A stretch of 64,000 bases of DNA, taken from the NCBI RefSeq assembly GCF_006345805.1, contig NC_042998.1, positions 43,400,001 to 43,464,000 on the forward strand, given 5' to 3'. Shown piece by piece: positions 1 through 12,029 of the stretch (the stretch's first letter is position 1; every line of letters begins with the position of its first letter). A program made the position numbers and the translations under genes. The notes beneath the pieces are model-generated. The model did not search any database, was not told the origin of the DNA, and worked only from the letters and a program-made list of their open reading frames with translations. The stretch comes from Octopus sinensis. Lineage: Eukaryota.

Positions 1-167
1 CGGGTTCCTTAAACAAGTTAAAGTACGGTAGATAGTAAACGATGGCCCCGTTTTCATATCTGAAAACAACTTCGGCTGAAATCATTGCTATATCCATATT
101 GAACTCCTTTCAGCTACAACATAAATTGATCGTTGCTTCAAATTCATCAATCAGGATTTGTTGTCTT

Positions 168-199
<32 letters not shown>

Positions 200-203
<4 letters not shown>

Positions 204-867
204 AAAATATCATGTACATTAAAACACATTAAAGAGGCTTCCAAATAGGAAAGCCTTTTGCTAGAAAGAGCAGTAGAAAACTCAAACCACTAATTAGGGA
301 TAAATTCTCGAAAGGAATCAAAATTAAAAACGTTTACCATCTAATTTAGTTCCTAGACCATGGTTTCTGACTAATTTAAGTAAACAAAAAATTTTACTGA
401 GGCCAGTCTTCATCAGTAGGTAGCCTTTAGATTTTAAATATACACACAACTAGATCCGCATGTAAACTCACTGCCTGCATATTCTAACTTTTCAAATCCA
501 CTGCGCAGACGCAGTTTATCTCTGGCGACAGAAAGGATGCCGGTAAAATTTCAAACAAATTTATCAAAAAATATTTAAACATAATAAATAATATTAGGGT
601 AATAAGAATTATAGAAATTATTATTACCAGTGGCCTAGCACAAAAAAATTAGTCAATAGACTATATAATATTCACATAAAAATATCGTGTACATTAAAAC
701 ACGTAAAGAGGCTTCCAAATAGGAAAGCCTTGTGCAAGAAAGAGCAGTAGAAAATTCAAACCACTAATTGGGAAGAAATTCTCTAAAGGAATGAAAATTA
801 CAAACGTTTGCCATCTAATTTAGTTCCTAGACCATGGTTTCTGACCATGGTTTCTGAGAATTATCCC

Positions 868-872
<5 letters not shown>
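200..872 (-). mobile_element. Penelope-like pseudo-LTR remnant: partial tandem (~170-bp direct repeat, 474-bp period) with short inverted junction
   Basis: 200-372 is repeated with divergence at ~675-845. 856-872 is the reverse complement of ~293-309. It carries an HHR and is flanked by (AT)n on both sides. Confidence 0.6.
352..420 (-). ncRNA. Minimal type I hammerhead ribozyme motif
   Basis: Minus strand reads CCTA CTGATGA A-GACTGG...TTAGTC-A GAAAC CATG GTC TAGG: intact core, palindromic CATG loop III, stem I CCTA/TAGG, predicted cleavage between 356 and 355. The first stem II pair is A.A. Confidence 0.75.
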
Positions 873-933
<61 letters not shown>

Positions 934-1721
934 AGATTCAGTACTTGAAATCATTTCATATCCATTGTCACACATTGTTTCTACTGTAGATGTGACAATA
1001 TTTAATGTTTCTGCGATTTAAACTTTTCCTCTTGCATTATGCACCTATAAAACATCAAGTTTATTATCCATTGCAATAATTTCACGACTTCTTTTTCTTC
1101 ACTATCAATACCTGCTCTCTTTTCAGCCAATATCTTATATGTTAGTGGTTAAATCCAACAGTCGAGGTGGGCAGACAGACATCCTTGAAACTAAATACTA
1201 AAATAGTTTGAGAGAAGGGAGATATTCTATGTTGCTAAAAGAAAGAAACAAAGTTTATAGCAAGCAAGAGATACTTGAGTGTCATTTCTCATTTAAAATT
1301 ACAAAAATGTACCAGAATGCATCTAGGTTACTGAATCACTTGTCTTTCCACTTCGAAGAGCATACATAGAAGTATCTGCAAGAGGATATACATATATATT
1401 TACTTGACTTTATCGAGTTCCTTAACTCTACATTCATATTGGCATCAAAGGCTATTGACAAGAGGGTTCAGTGAGGCAAGGTCAATCGGTTTTAAATTTC
1501 CAAATCATTACCATACTTGTAATATATTTTGGCTTTAAATTCTTTATCTTTGCTCCATCTACAAAGGAGAACTGCATCTTGAGAACTTTCAGTTTCTTCT
1601 TAAATAGTGATATGGCTAATTTGTTTGCCCCTATTGGGAATATGCATAGGTGTGCAATACTGCCAATAGTCTAGCAGACGCTGGGGGTAACATAGTATAG
1701 CAGCATATATATACTGAGATG

Positions 1722-2245
1722 TGGAGGCGCAATGTCCCAGTGGTTAGGGTAGCGGACTCGCAGTCATAGGATCGCGGTTTCGATTCCCAGACCGAGCATT
1801 GTGAGTGTTTATTGAGCGAAAACACCTAAAGCTCCACGAGGCTCCGGCAGGGGGTGGTGGTGAACCCTGCTGTACTCTTTCATCACAACTTTCTCTCACT
1901 CTTTCTTCCTGTTTCTGGTGTACCTGTATTTCAGAGGGTCAGCCTTGTCACACTCTGTGTCACGCTGAATCTCCCCGAGAACTACGTTAAGGGTACACGT
2001 GTCTGTGGAGTGCTCAGCCACTTGTACGTTAATAAATGAGCTGCGACGTCACTGGTGCCAAGCTGTATCGGCCTTTGCCTTTCCCTTGGACAACATCGGT
2101 GGCGTGGAGAGGGGAGGCTGGTACGCATGGGCGACTGCTGGTCTTCCATAAACAACCTTGCCCAGACTTGTGCCTCGGAGGGTAACTTTCTAGGTACAAT
2201 CCCACGGTCCTTCATGACCGAAGGGAGTCACACAAAAAAATAAAG
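1722..2245 (+). mobile_element. tRNA-derived SINE (family C, long tail)
   Basis: Head GGAGGCGCAATG.CCCAGTGGTTAGG...GGTTTCGATTCCC has A/B-box-like motifs and is shared with the copies at 20100 and 48878. Possible TSD TGAGATG at 1715-1721 and 2246-2252. Confidence 0.85.
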
Positions 2246-2772
2246 TGAGATGCAAATAAATAAATAAATAAATAAATAAATAAATATTTGAAAGGATGAG
2301 AATGAAATTTCTACAGTAAAAATAATCTATTAAATATTTAAGAAATGTGGAAGTTAAAACGTTTCAATAAAGAATGTCCTCATGACATTTGTTAAAGATT
2401 TGAGGTGATGTCATTTCAGGTCAGAAATTTTGACAAGTGACGTGACTTCTTGTCACGTCATGAATTTCGATATTTTCTTTAAGTTACACCACAATATAAT
2501 GAAATTGTAAGCACTTTAAAGAACTAAAAGATTTATCATTTTAAAAAAGGAATACTAGCTTCAAATTTACTAACAGCGACCTAGATTTTCAAGGATGAAT
2601 GGCTGCGATAATTAAAACAATGTAAAAAAGCAGAAAACATGGTCGATTTTAAACGGGATATATCAATTTCCCTCAGTGAACACAACTCCGACATAGGTAA
2701 GGAAAGTAAAATTGGATTCATTAAATGAAGTAGAAGAAAACGAAGAATTCACACACCGCACGCGCGTATTTG

Positions 2773-3604
<832 letters not shown>

Positions 3605-4604
3605 GTACTTAGATTTGAAATTTTGAAAACGATAGCTTACTTCGTTACGTGAATATTATCTAACGCTAAAATAAACGTTGAGTTGCAGAGTGAGTGTTCA
3701 GATATTTTAACAGAGTTTCTACAAAAATTAATGTTTATTAACTGAAATAAATTTATTTGTACGTATTCAATGAAAATAAATTATACCACAATTTTCAGGA
3801 TATTAATAGGTTAAGAAAACTACTTATTTATTTTTTGTTTTTAAAAAAAGAAAAAAAAGGAGATCTGCAATAATTTTTGTTACAATTGTAATTAATGACA
3901 ATTAACATGGGAACGTCTAGAAACAATAAAACTATGTCTTTTTTTCTAATGAGAAAAATGTCCATTCTCATTCAGATGATATAAACCCACCAAAATTGAA
4001 ATTAATTGGATAAGAAAACAACGAGAAAAATTGGAAAACCGGACAACTAAACTCAGAGAAAGAACCCTTCATCAGTTGTCGGCTGTTTGTCTACTCCTCA
4101 TTTTGAGCATTCAACGACAATATGAGTCTTCAAAGACAGCTGCTCCCATAAATTCTAAAATAAAATATAGGATTTATGGAAGGTCAAATTTGGGAACAAA
4201 AACATGTATATGGAGACATACAAGGAAACAGAACGAAAACAAACATGGAGGGTTGTTAGGCTAGAACGAGAGGGAAATAGTGAAAGCCGTGAGAAGCATT
4301 TTTTGAAAAGAGAAAAGGTAGAAGAGAGACAAAAAGTCCATACTTTTGAACGTCGGTGCAAGAAAAGAAAGATGGTCACGTGTGAGCAACGAGAGAGACA
4401 GAGAGAGAGGGGGAGAGAGAGAGAAAGAAAGAGAGAGACAGAGTAAAAGAGAAAGAGGGGAGAGAGAAACAGATAGAAAACAGTGAAGGAAGGAGGGGAG
4501 AAAAGGGAATTAGAGAAGGATGGAGGAAGAAAATAGTGTAGAGTAGAGTCGCATGAAAAAGGTGAAGGTTACTTGGAAATTAATTTATTAATTAGTAAAA
4601 ATTA

Positions 4605-4643
<39 letters not shown>

Positions 4644-4789
4644 ACCAAGTAGTCTTCGGCATGTAAAAGCCTCATTCACAAATTGAATTCGGTGATACCA
4701 GTTACGAATTCTAGCTCGCTCTGATACTGAGTGGAGTTGGTGCCTTCTGGTATCTCAAAATTCAATATAATCATTTATGATTATAGTAT

Positions 4790-4901
4790 TCTACGCTGAA
4801 GAGAAAAGATTTTCGGTAAGATAGAATTATTTATTATTTAAATTTAATATCTAGTTCTTATGCTTTCCTTAAAACTTGATTTCGAAACGTACGTCCGTGG
4901 A
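4790..4901 (+). ncRNA. Minimal type I hammerhead ribozyme, unit A copy 1
   Basis: TCTACG CTGAAGA [81-nt stem II, GAAA/TTTC base] GAAAC GTAC GTC CGTGGA. Fully canonical core, predicted cleavage after C4895. Confidence 0.85.
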
Positions 4902-5396
4902 TAACTAAAAAAATGTATGATAGATTGCAGTCAATTCATTCTCTTTACCTGTTTGTGTCTGCCTTCCAAATGCTGTTTTTACTGAGATCTCCCTTTTTAG
5001 TAGAAGAAATAGCTATAACCCTTTGACTGCTATTTCTAAATTCGGTATGTGGTAAGGCAACTCGTTGCTAAACCCTTTTGCTTAGTATTACTTAAATTTT
5101 CCTCGAATGAGGCTTTTCCATGCCGAAGACTACTTGGTGTAATTGATAATTTTTCCAATTAATTTTATCAATTTCACCCTTCATTATTACGGATAACCAT
5201 ATTTTATCTCAGTAGATGACCACAGCATCTTGTTTTGGCTACACGCGGGTGGGAAGGGGCTGTTGACACAATCGTTTCATTCACAAATTGAATTCGGTGA
5301 TACCAGTTACGAATTCTAGCTCGCTCTGATACTGAGTGGAGTTGGTGCCTTCTGGTATCTCAAAATTCAATATATAATCATTTATGATTATAGTAT

Positions 5397-5511
5397 TCTA
5401 CGCTGAAGAGAGAAAAGAAGTTTCGGTAAGATAGAATTATTTATTATTTAATATTAATATCTAGTTCTTATGCTTTCCTTAAAACTTGATTTCGAAACGT
5501 ACGTCCGTGGA
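5397..5511 (+). ncRNA. Minimal type I hammerhead ribozyme, unit A copy 2
   Basis: CTGAAGA at 5403-5409 and GAAAC GTAC GTC at 5494-5505. Predicted cleavage after C5505. Confidence 0.83.
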
Positions 5512-6038
5512 TAACTAAAAAAATGTATGATAGATTGCAGTCAATTCATTCTCTCTTACCTGTTTGTGTCTGCCTTCCAAATGCTGTTTTTACTGAGATC
5601 TCCCTTTTTAGTAGAAGAAATAGCTATAACCCTTTGACTGCTATTTCTAAATTCGGTATGTGGTAAGGCAACTCGTTGCTAAACCCTTATTGCTTAGTAT
5701 TACTTATATATATATATATATATATATACATCTGTATATATATATATACATATATGTATGTATGCCTATATAAATACATATATGTGTGTGTGGATATATA
5801 CATACATGTATATATATATAAATTTGAATAGCCTCTGCGTTCAAGTCCATTATTTACTTATACTACACAAATTACATTAATCAGTACTGAAATTTTGTTC
5901 CGAATAGGCAGATTGTACCGAAATGCATTGCGAATAAGCCCGCCATTTTCATAGATAAGTAACGATAAAAATTGTACATGCTACGACGAATTCTACGGTT
6001 GGCTGTCGGGTATGCTATATTGTGTTTTTTCTTTACAT

Positions 6039-6102
6039 GTTGCACTGAAGAGCATAGAATGCATATTCTGCATTGATTGCGAAATCACAGGTGATATGTA
6101 AC
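6039..6102 (+). ncRNA. Type I hammerhead ribozyme with 4-bp stem III, unit B copy 1
   Basis: GTTGCA CTGAAGA GCA...TGC GAA ATCA CAGG TGAT A TGTAAC. All core positions are intact, with AUA cleavage after A6096. Confidence 0.87.
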
Positions 6103-6644
6103 TAAATTCTGTTTTTAAATGACTTGCTTTGAAGTTTTGCATTCGGTACAATTTGTTTATTTTAGTAGTTTTGACTGCAAGAGTCCCTCCTAGCGTGCGG
6201 TACCTATGAATAATAGTACCCTCTATATAATATAAATAAATATTTTCAAAGTGGAAAAATTTACAGATTTTTTCTCTTACGAGGTTTTTCACGCTAACTA
6301 CTGATAATTTCTTATAAAGATTTTATCCTTAATTTTAATTTATATATATATATATATATGTATGTATGCCTATATAAATACATATATGTGTGTGTGGATA
6401 TATACATACATGTATATATATATAAATTTGAATAGCCTCTGCGTTCAAGTCCATTTATTTACTTATACTACACAAATTACATTAATCAGTACTGAAATTT
6501 TGTTCCGAATAGGCAGATTGTACCGAAATGCATTGCGAATAAGCCCGCCATTTTCATAGATAAGTAACGATAAAAATTTGTACATGCTACGACGAATTCT
6601 ACGGTTGGCTGTCGGGTATGCTATATTGTGTTTTTTCTTTACAT

Positions 6645-6708
6645 GTTGCACTGAAGAGCATAGAATGCATATTCTGCATTGATTGCGAAATCACAGGTGA
6701 TATGTAAC
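6645..6708 (+). ncRNA. Type I hammerhead ribozyme, unit B copy 2
   Basis: Identical to 6039-6102. Predicted cleavage after A6702. Confidence 0.87.
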
Positions 6709-6980
6709 TAAATTCTGTTTTTAAATGACTTGCTTTGAAGTTTTGCATTCGGTACAATTTGTTTATTTTAGTAGTTTTGACTGCAAGAGTCCCTCCTAGC
6801 GTGCGGTACCTATGAATAATAGTACCCTCTATATAATATAAATAAATATTTTCAAAGTGGAAACATTTACAGATTTTTTCTCTTACGAGGTTTTTCACGC
6901 TAACTACTGATAATTTCTTATAAAGATTTTATCCTTAATTTTTAATTTATATATATATATATGTATGTATGTATATATAA

Positions 6981-7013
<33 letters not shown>

Positions 7014-7115
7014 TAACATATGGTATAATTATAAACAGGGCAAATCTTAGCCGTTTCTCCGCAGACTGAAAAAAAATGACGAACCACCTTAATCGATTTT
7101 CGAACGTTATTGGGT

Positions 7116-7174
<59 letters not shown>

Positions 7175-7559
7175 TATGTGAGGTGTTTGTATTCAGACGA
7201 CCCAAAATGATAAAAAAAAGGCTATGTAAGTGCTACGGAATGAGCGTAGCTAGAGTCCCGGTTCGATAATAGTATGAGTGGGGAGTCTAATGCGTGTGTG
7301 AGCATGTATATGTTAAATAAAATGAGACAACAAAGCCAAGTTAGTGTGAAATTTCTAGGACATTTATAAAGATGTCAGATATCACATACGTCAGATATCA
7401 CATACTTGATGTGATAGCCATGAAATGAGAGCGTATCTACGTCTGCTTGCAACTACCTAGGTGTCTAAAACAATTAAGAAAATCATGGTATATACAGCCA
7501 GTTAGTAGACGCATGGGGGCGATGGATATCTTTTATCGTTTACCCTTTAGCTTTGTCAC

Positions 7560-7815
7560 AGTCGTTAGACAGAGACAAAGCTGAAGGCACTGCCTTGAAA
7601 GGTTTTAGTCGGACAAATCGACTCTTAATCGTATTTCTTAAAGCCTGTGTACTTATTCCATCGGTTTCTATCTGCCGAACTGCTAAGTTACTGGGACGTT
7701 AACAAACCAACAACAGCTGTCAAGCGTAGAGTGGGGAACAAACGCATACATAAACTTATACACATACACACACACGCACGCACTTACTCTCTCTCTCTCA
7801 CACACTTACTCTCTG

Positions 7816-7855
<40 letters not shown>

Positions 7856-8015
7856 CTATGTGTGCGACTAGTATGTTTCAGTATCCGTCCACCAGATGTA
7901 CTCACAAGGCTATGTTCGGCCCGGGGCCTTAGTAGAAGACACACGTCGAAGGTGTCACGCAGTGGGACTGAACCCAGAACCTTGTGGTTGAGAAACAAAT
8001 TTCTTACCACATAGT
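7560..8015 (-). mobile_element. Diverged tRNA-derived SINE (family A, internal microsatellite)
   Basis: Similar to the reverse complement of 13673-14085. Confidence 0.7.
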
Positions 8016-8582
8016 CGTTTTGAAAATTATTTTCAGTCTTCTAATAGTTGTTATTGTTATTGATGTCGTTGAAGTTGTTTACGTCCTATATATTGCTGTG
8101 GTTGTTTTATTGTTTATTGTTTTATTTGGCGATTCGTTCATCCTGTTGTCGTTTTTTACCGACCTGGTCAACGTTTCTAGTTGATAATTCGCAAACTTGA
8201 TTCCATTCTCTTCCGGTAAAGAAGGATTTTTATCATTTGTATTGTTAGAGGCTACTTTTGCCATTACTCCCATAGCAATTATTTTTGTTTTTAAGATAAC
8301 TGAGATCAGAATGTCAAATATTTTCTAGGGAGTGGAAATGTTTATGAAAAACGCTCTCCTACAGTTATAGAGTTACAATCATAGAGAAGCGATGGAAAAT
8401 TAAAACTACTAAATTAGGTAATGTATTTTCAAATGATATACTTTAACAGCCACCGAGGTCGACTTTGCGATTCATCCTTTCGGGTTCGATGAGATAAGTA
8501 CCAATTGAGAACTGGGTTCGATGTAATCGACTAGTTAGACTTTATGCCTCTTTTAGAAAACATTATTATCATTATTATTATT

Positions 8583-9270
8583 TGGTTTGAGTCAGGTTCG
8601 GTCTTATTCCTGGTAGGATTTATGTGGGTAGCGAGTTACTACTTGTAACCTTAGGTACCCACAAGTTTCCAGTAGTCTTTCAAGTGCTTAGAACCCTCCG
8701 GATAATCCTTGCTGTCCCTAAGAGACAACATTTCTTTCGGAGCTCTACTGGGCATTCTATTCCAATCTCCTTCAGCCATTTGTCTATATCTCGGCTTACT
8801 GTTCCCAACGAACCAATTATTATAGGTACGACCTTTACTGTTCTCAAACTCCGAATTCTTCCTATTTCAAATTTTAAGGGGTTGTATTCTCTTGTTTTTC
8901 GTCCTCTTCCTTTTCGATTCTGGAAATAAAAGAGTATGATCAGTCGAATAGTAAGTAACTTCGTTTTTTCTTATCTTTGATTGTTATGTCTGGTTTACTA
9001 TTATCTAACTTCTTGTCCGTTTGCATAGGAAAGTCCCACAAAATCTTACATTTCTCCGACTACAGCACTCTTTCGACTCGATGATTATACCATGTGTTTC
9101 CAGCTTCAAACACGCGTTTCTGGCACTGCTCCCAGTGTAAAACATTTAGAACCTGGTCATGTCTCCACTTGTTATATTCTTCTTGTGCCACATTGGGGCA
9201 TGCTCTCACAAAATGTGCACTGTCTCGTTCCAAATTTCACAGGCTCTACATTTTCCTTACACATTCTCTC
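8583..9270 (-). mobile_element. R4/Dong-like REL-endonuclease LINE, 3' fragment
   Basis: Minus translation includes NRPDITIKD and LLGTARIIRRVL. The 3' end abuts a (TAA)n tract. Confidence 0.75.
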
Positions 9271-9287
9271 CATAATAATAATAATAA

Positions 9288-9615
9288 TAAAAGATGGGCT
9301 ACAGTAAATATTCTGCTCAATACCAATATGTGTGCAATATGGTAATCTCATATCAAGATAAACATCGCATGGCCTTGCAGATGGGACCCAGTTAGAATTT
9401 TCTTCAGGTCGGATAACCCATCCCACTCGTGAATTATTCAAACTCCAAAGAATTCCTCTCAACACATGGCTATGGTGCTCTCCCGCTACTTCTATTCGTG
9501 ATCAGAGATGCATATATCGACAGCTACCAAGGGACATGCTCAACTGGTTGTGGTCAAACAACTGACAAGCAAATCTGTGGTATTGAGCAGAATATTTGCT
9601 GTAGCCCATCTTTTA
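9288..9615. mobile_element. MITE with ~38-bp terminal inverted repeats
   Basis: TAAAAGATGGGCTACAG(T/C)AAATATTCTGCTCAATACCA at 9288-9325 and inverted at 9578-9615. A partial copy lies at 14137-14428. Confidence 0.8.
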
Positions 9616-9965
9616 TAACAAGACATAATAATGTACATGATAATACTTCCAATCAGTAAAAATTAGAAGCCATGCGAGCAACGTGTTTCACATAGCTGCA
9701 TAAGTTTTTCTGTTATTCATACTGATATACATTGTACATTTGTTATTGTTACTTAGTTAAACAAACCAGGCCCTGGTGGACTGGTTAGTCCTTGCCCACA
9801 TGTAGCACTTAAGGGCTATTTTGGTATGTTGGGGGGTTAGGACACCCCTCATATTTTCTGCTAAAATCAAAGATGGTGAACGAAAACTGCTCGTCCGCTG
9901 AAAAGAACAGCGGGCTCTCTGCAAGACAGAAAAACGAAGTTGCACAAGACAGCAACTGCTGTAGC

Positions 9966-9999
<34 letters not shown>

Positions 10000-10399
10000 A
10001 GAACAATAGCACACCTGGAACGTATGAAAATGAATTCCCCTTGCTTCTTTCCTCCTCTTTACCACCGCAGAAACAAAAGAAAATCACACCAACAACACAA
10101 GCGAAAACACTACCATCTCTACCGCCAACAACGACGATAAAACAACGGTATCGAAACGAGTAAATCTAATCGGAACGGTTTCGACTTCGCGCAAGCAACA
10201 AGGCAAGTGAGTGACGATATTATCTTAGATGACAATGAGACCAGGAATGCTAAATGCATGCTGAAGAAATGTGGAGCCAAACATTCCTAGGACTGTCCAG
10301 CATGAAATCAGTTTGCGGACAGACCTATGTAAAATAATTGGAGTGAGAAGCAGAAAAGTCGAATAGGCGACGCAGCAACAAGCAGGGAAGTGCCTAAAA

Positions 10400-11100
10400 C
10401 CGGTGTGGAAAAGCAAAACCTACGTGACCAGGTGTAAGAAGTATGGGATAATCGAGGTGAGGCTCGCCTCAGAGGAGGAAGCAAAAAAAAACCCCGACAG
10501 CTACCCTGACGAGTGAAGAAATAATTCTTATACCTACCTACCTGGGACGTAGAGTAAACAGAATCAGAATACTCAATAGTCCACCAGAAATTAGCATTTG
10601 CTGGTTAGTAGCTGCAATCCTCCGAGACATAGAGGAGAAAACCAAGATTCTGCAAATCCATAAGATTCACAAACACAACTGGTTAGGTCGGAGGATGCAG
10701 CTGCTAATACAAACTGATCAGCAAAGTGTAGAAAATGTCCCGGATTATATAAACCTACCGAATGGGTCAAAACTATACGTGGTTCTCGAGGGCTGAAAGC
10801 CAAGATATCACCTGTGGGGGAACACACACCTGCTAAAGGTTTTCTGCCCGCAACAAAAGAAAGAAGAGACCTGCACTTTTGCCACCACCACCACCACCAC
10901 AACCTTCACAACAACAATTTCAAATAAAGAATCAATAGGTTTTGCAAGACATCCTCCTCCCCTTTTCGGACCACGAAAATGAAAGGGATGGGAAGGAACA
11001 AAATTGGCAAATAGTTCCCCGCCACCTAAAAGAAAGAAAAGAAAAAGACAAAAAAACGCACGCACTAAAACAGAGAAAACTGGTAGATTTGAACATACGG
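10400..11100 (+). mobile_element. Possible decayed ORF1 region of the downstream Tx1/L1-like LINE
   Basis: Broken frame VENVPDYINLPNGSKLYVVLEG resembles Tx1-type ORF1. It lies on the same strand and upstream of the ORF2 remnant. Confidence 0.35.
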
Positions 11101-11134
11101 AGATGGATAGCAGTAGTAACAACAATAACATACC

Positions 11135-11538
11135 TATTTCTTTACTACCCACAAGGGGCTAAACACAGAGGCAGACAAACGGATTAAGTCGATTACATCG
11201 ACCCCAGTGCGTAACTGGTACTTAATTTATTGACCCCGAAAGAATGAAAGGCAAAGTCGACCTCGGCGGAATTTTGAACTCAGAACGTAGCGACAGACGA
11301 AATACCTATTTCTTTATTACCCACAAGGGGCTAAATACAGAGGGGACAAACAAGGACAGACAAACGGATTAAGTCGATTACATCGACCCCAGTGCGTAAC
11401 TGGTACTTAATTTATCGACCCCGAAAAGATGAAAGGCAAAGTCGACCTCGGCGGAATTTGAACTCAGAACGTAGCTACAGACGAAATACGGCTACGCATT
11501 TCACCCGGCGTGCTAACGATTCTGCCAGCTCGCCGCCT
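11135..11538 (-). mobile_element. tRNA-derived SINE (family B) with tandem dimeric body
   Basis: Head TAAGGCGGCGAGCTGGCAGAATCGTTAGCAC on the minus strand, two body units, and an 18-bp TSD TAACAACAATAACATACC at 11117-11134 and 11539-11556. Confidence 0.88.
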
Positions 11539-12029
11539 TAACAACAATAACATACCACTTCCAACAACAGTTCCACTGACACGGCCAACAATAACAACAT
11601 CGCCATCACTATCTCTGCAACCATCACCGACGCTATTTAATTTACACACACAACAGTTAAACTACTCCCCATCAAACAAACAATAACCAGAAATTATAAA
11701 CTTGACGACTGCTGTAAACACAGAAAACAAGACATTAATGCAAGGTATTCAACATTGCATAGACATTAACCAGAGAACTCTCGTTGCACCAAGTGTCAAC
11801 ACTAACATACTACAGCACATAAAAATAATCAAAACAGTGAGCACTTACAACACATTAAAAAATAAATAGACTAATTTTGTAGGGGATTTTCAAAAGTCAT
11901 ATAACAAAAGGGAAACACCCATATCCAGTGAGAGGGACGGATTATGTACCATCACTCCCCCCCCCAAAGCCTCGGTAAGTAGCTCTCTCCTACTTCCTTA
12001 CTCTTCCTGTATTTAACATGACCGTACAT

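Larger units (their letters stand above)
4641..5705 (+). mobile_element. HHR-bearing non-coding tandem element, unit A (605-bp unit x ~1.7 plus inverted 5' segment); retrozyme/Penelope-derived
   Basis: 4672-~5100 recurs at 5277-5705. 4641-4677 is the reverse complement of 5105-5141 (36/37). No ORF in the track. One HHR per unit. Confidence 0.75.
5740..6950 (+). repeat. Tandem duplication, unit B (~605 bp x 2), each copy with an HHR
   Basis: 5755-6341 recurs at ~6359-6947, differing mainly by homopolymer indels. The boundaries fall inside (AT)n tracts. Confidence 0.9.

Noticed and set aside
1722-1795. tRNA genes at SINE heads (also 13673, 18395, 23049, 48878 and others)
   Set aside because: They have A/B-box-like motifs but no complete cloverleaf, and they continue into repeat bodies.
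4042-4080. Minus-strand GACAA CTGATGA...TTGTC hammerhead-like motif
   Set aside because: The GAAA box and cleavage triplet are missing. At most a decayed relic.
4643-5139. TA-flanked Tc1/mariner MITE with 35-bp TIRs
   Set aside because: The interior continues as a head-to-tail tandem, weak inverted similarity seems to extend beyond the TA, and the unit carries an HHR. A Penelope-type inversion fits better, but a MITE is not fully excluded.
5100-5141. Second HHR-like motif in unit A (GAATGA GGC...GCC GAAGAC)
   Set aside because: Both core segments deviate and no valid cleavage triplet or stem I was found.
5993-6898. Duplicated 99-aa minus-strand ORFs
   Set aside because: They are antisense to the HHR unit, have no recognisable domain, and are identical only because of the duplication.
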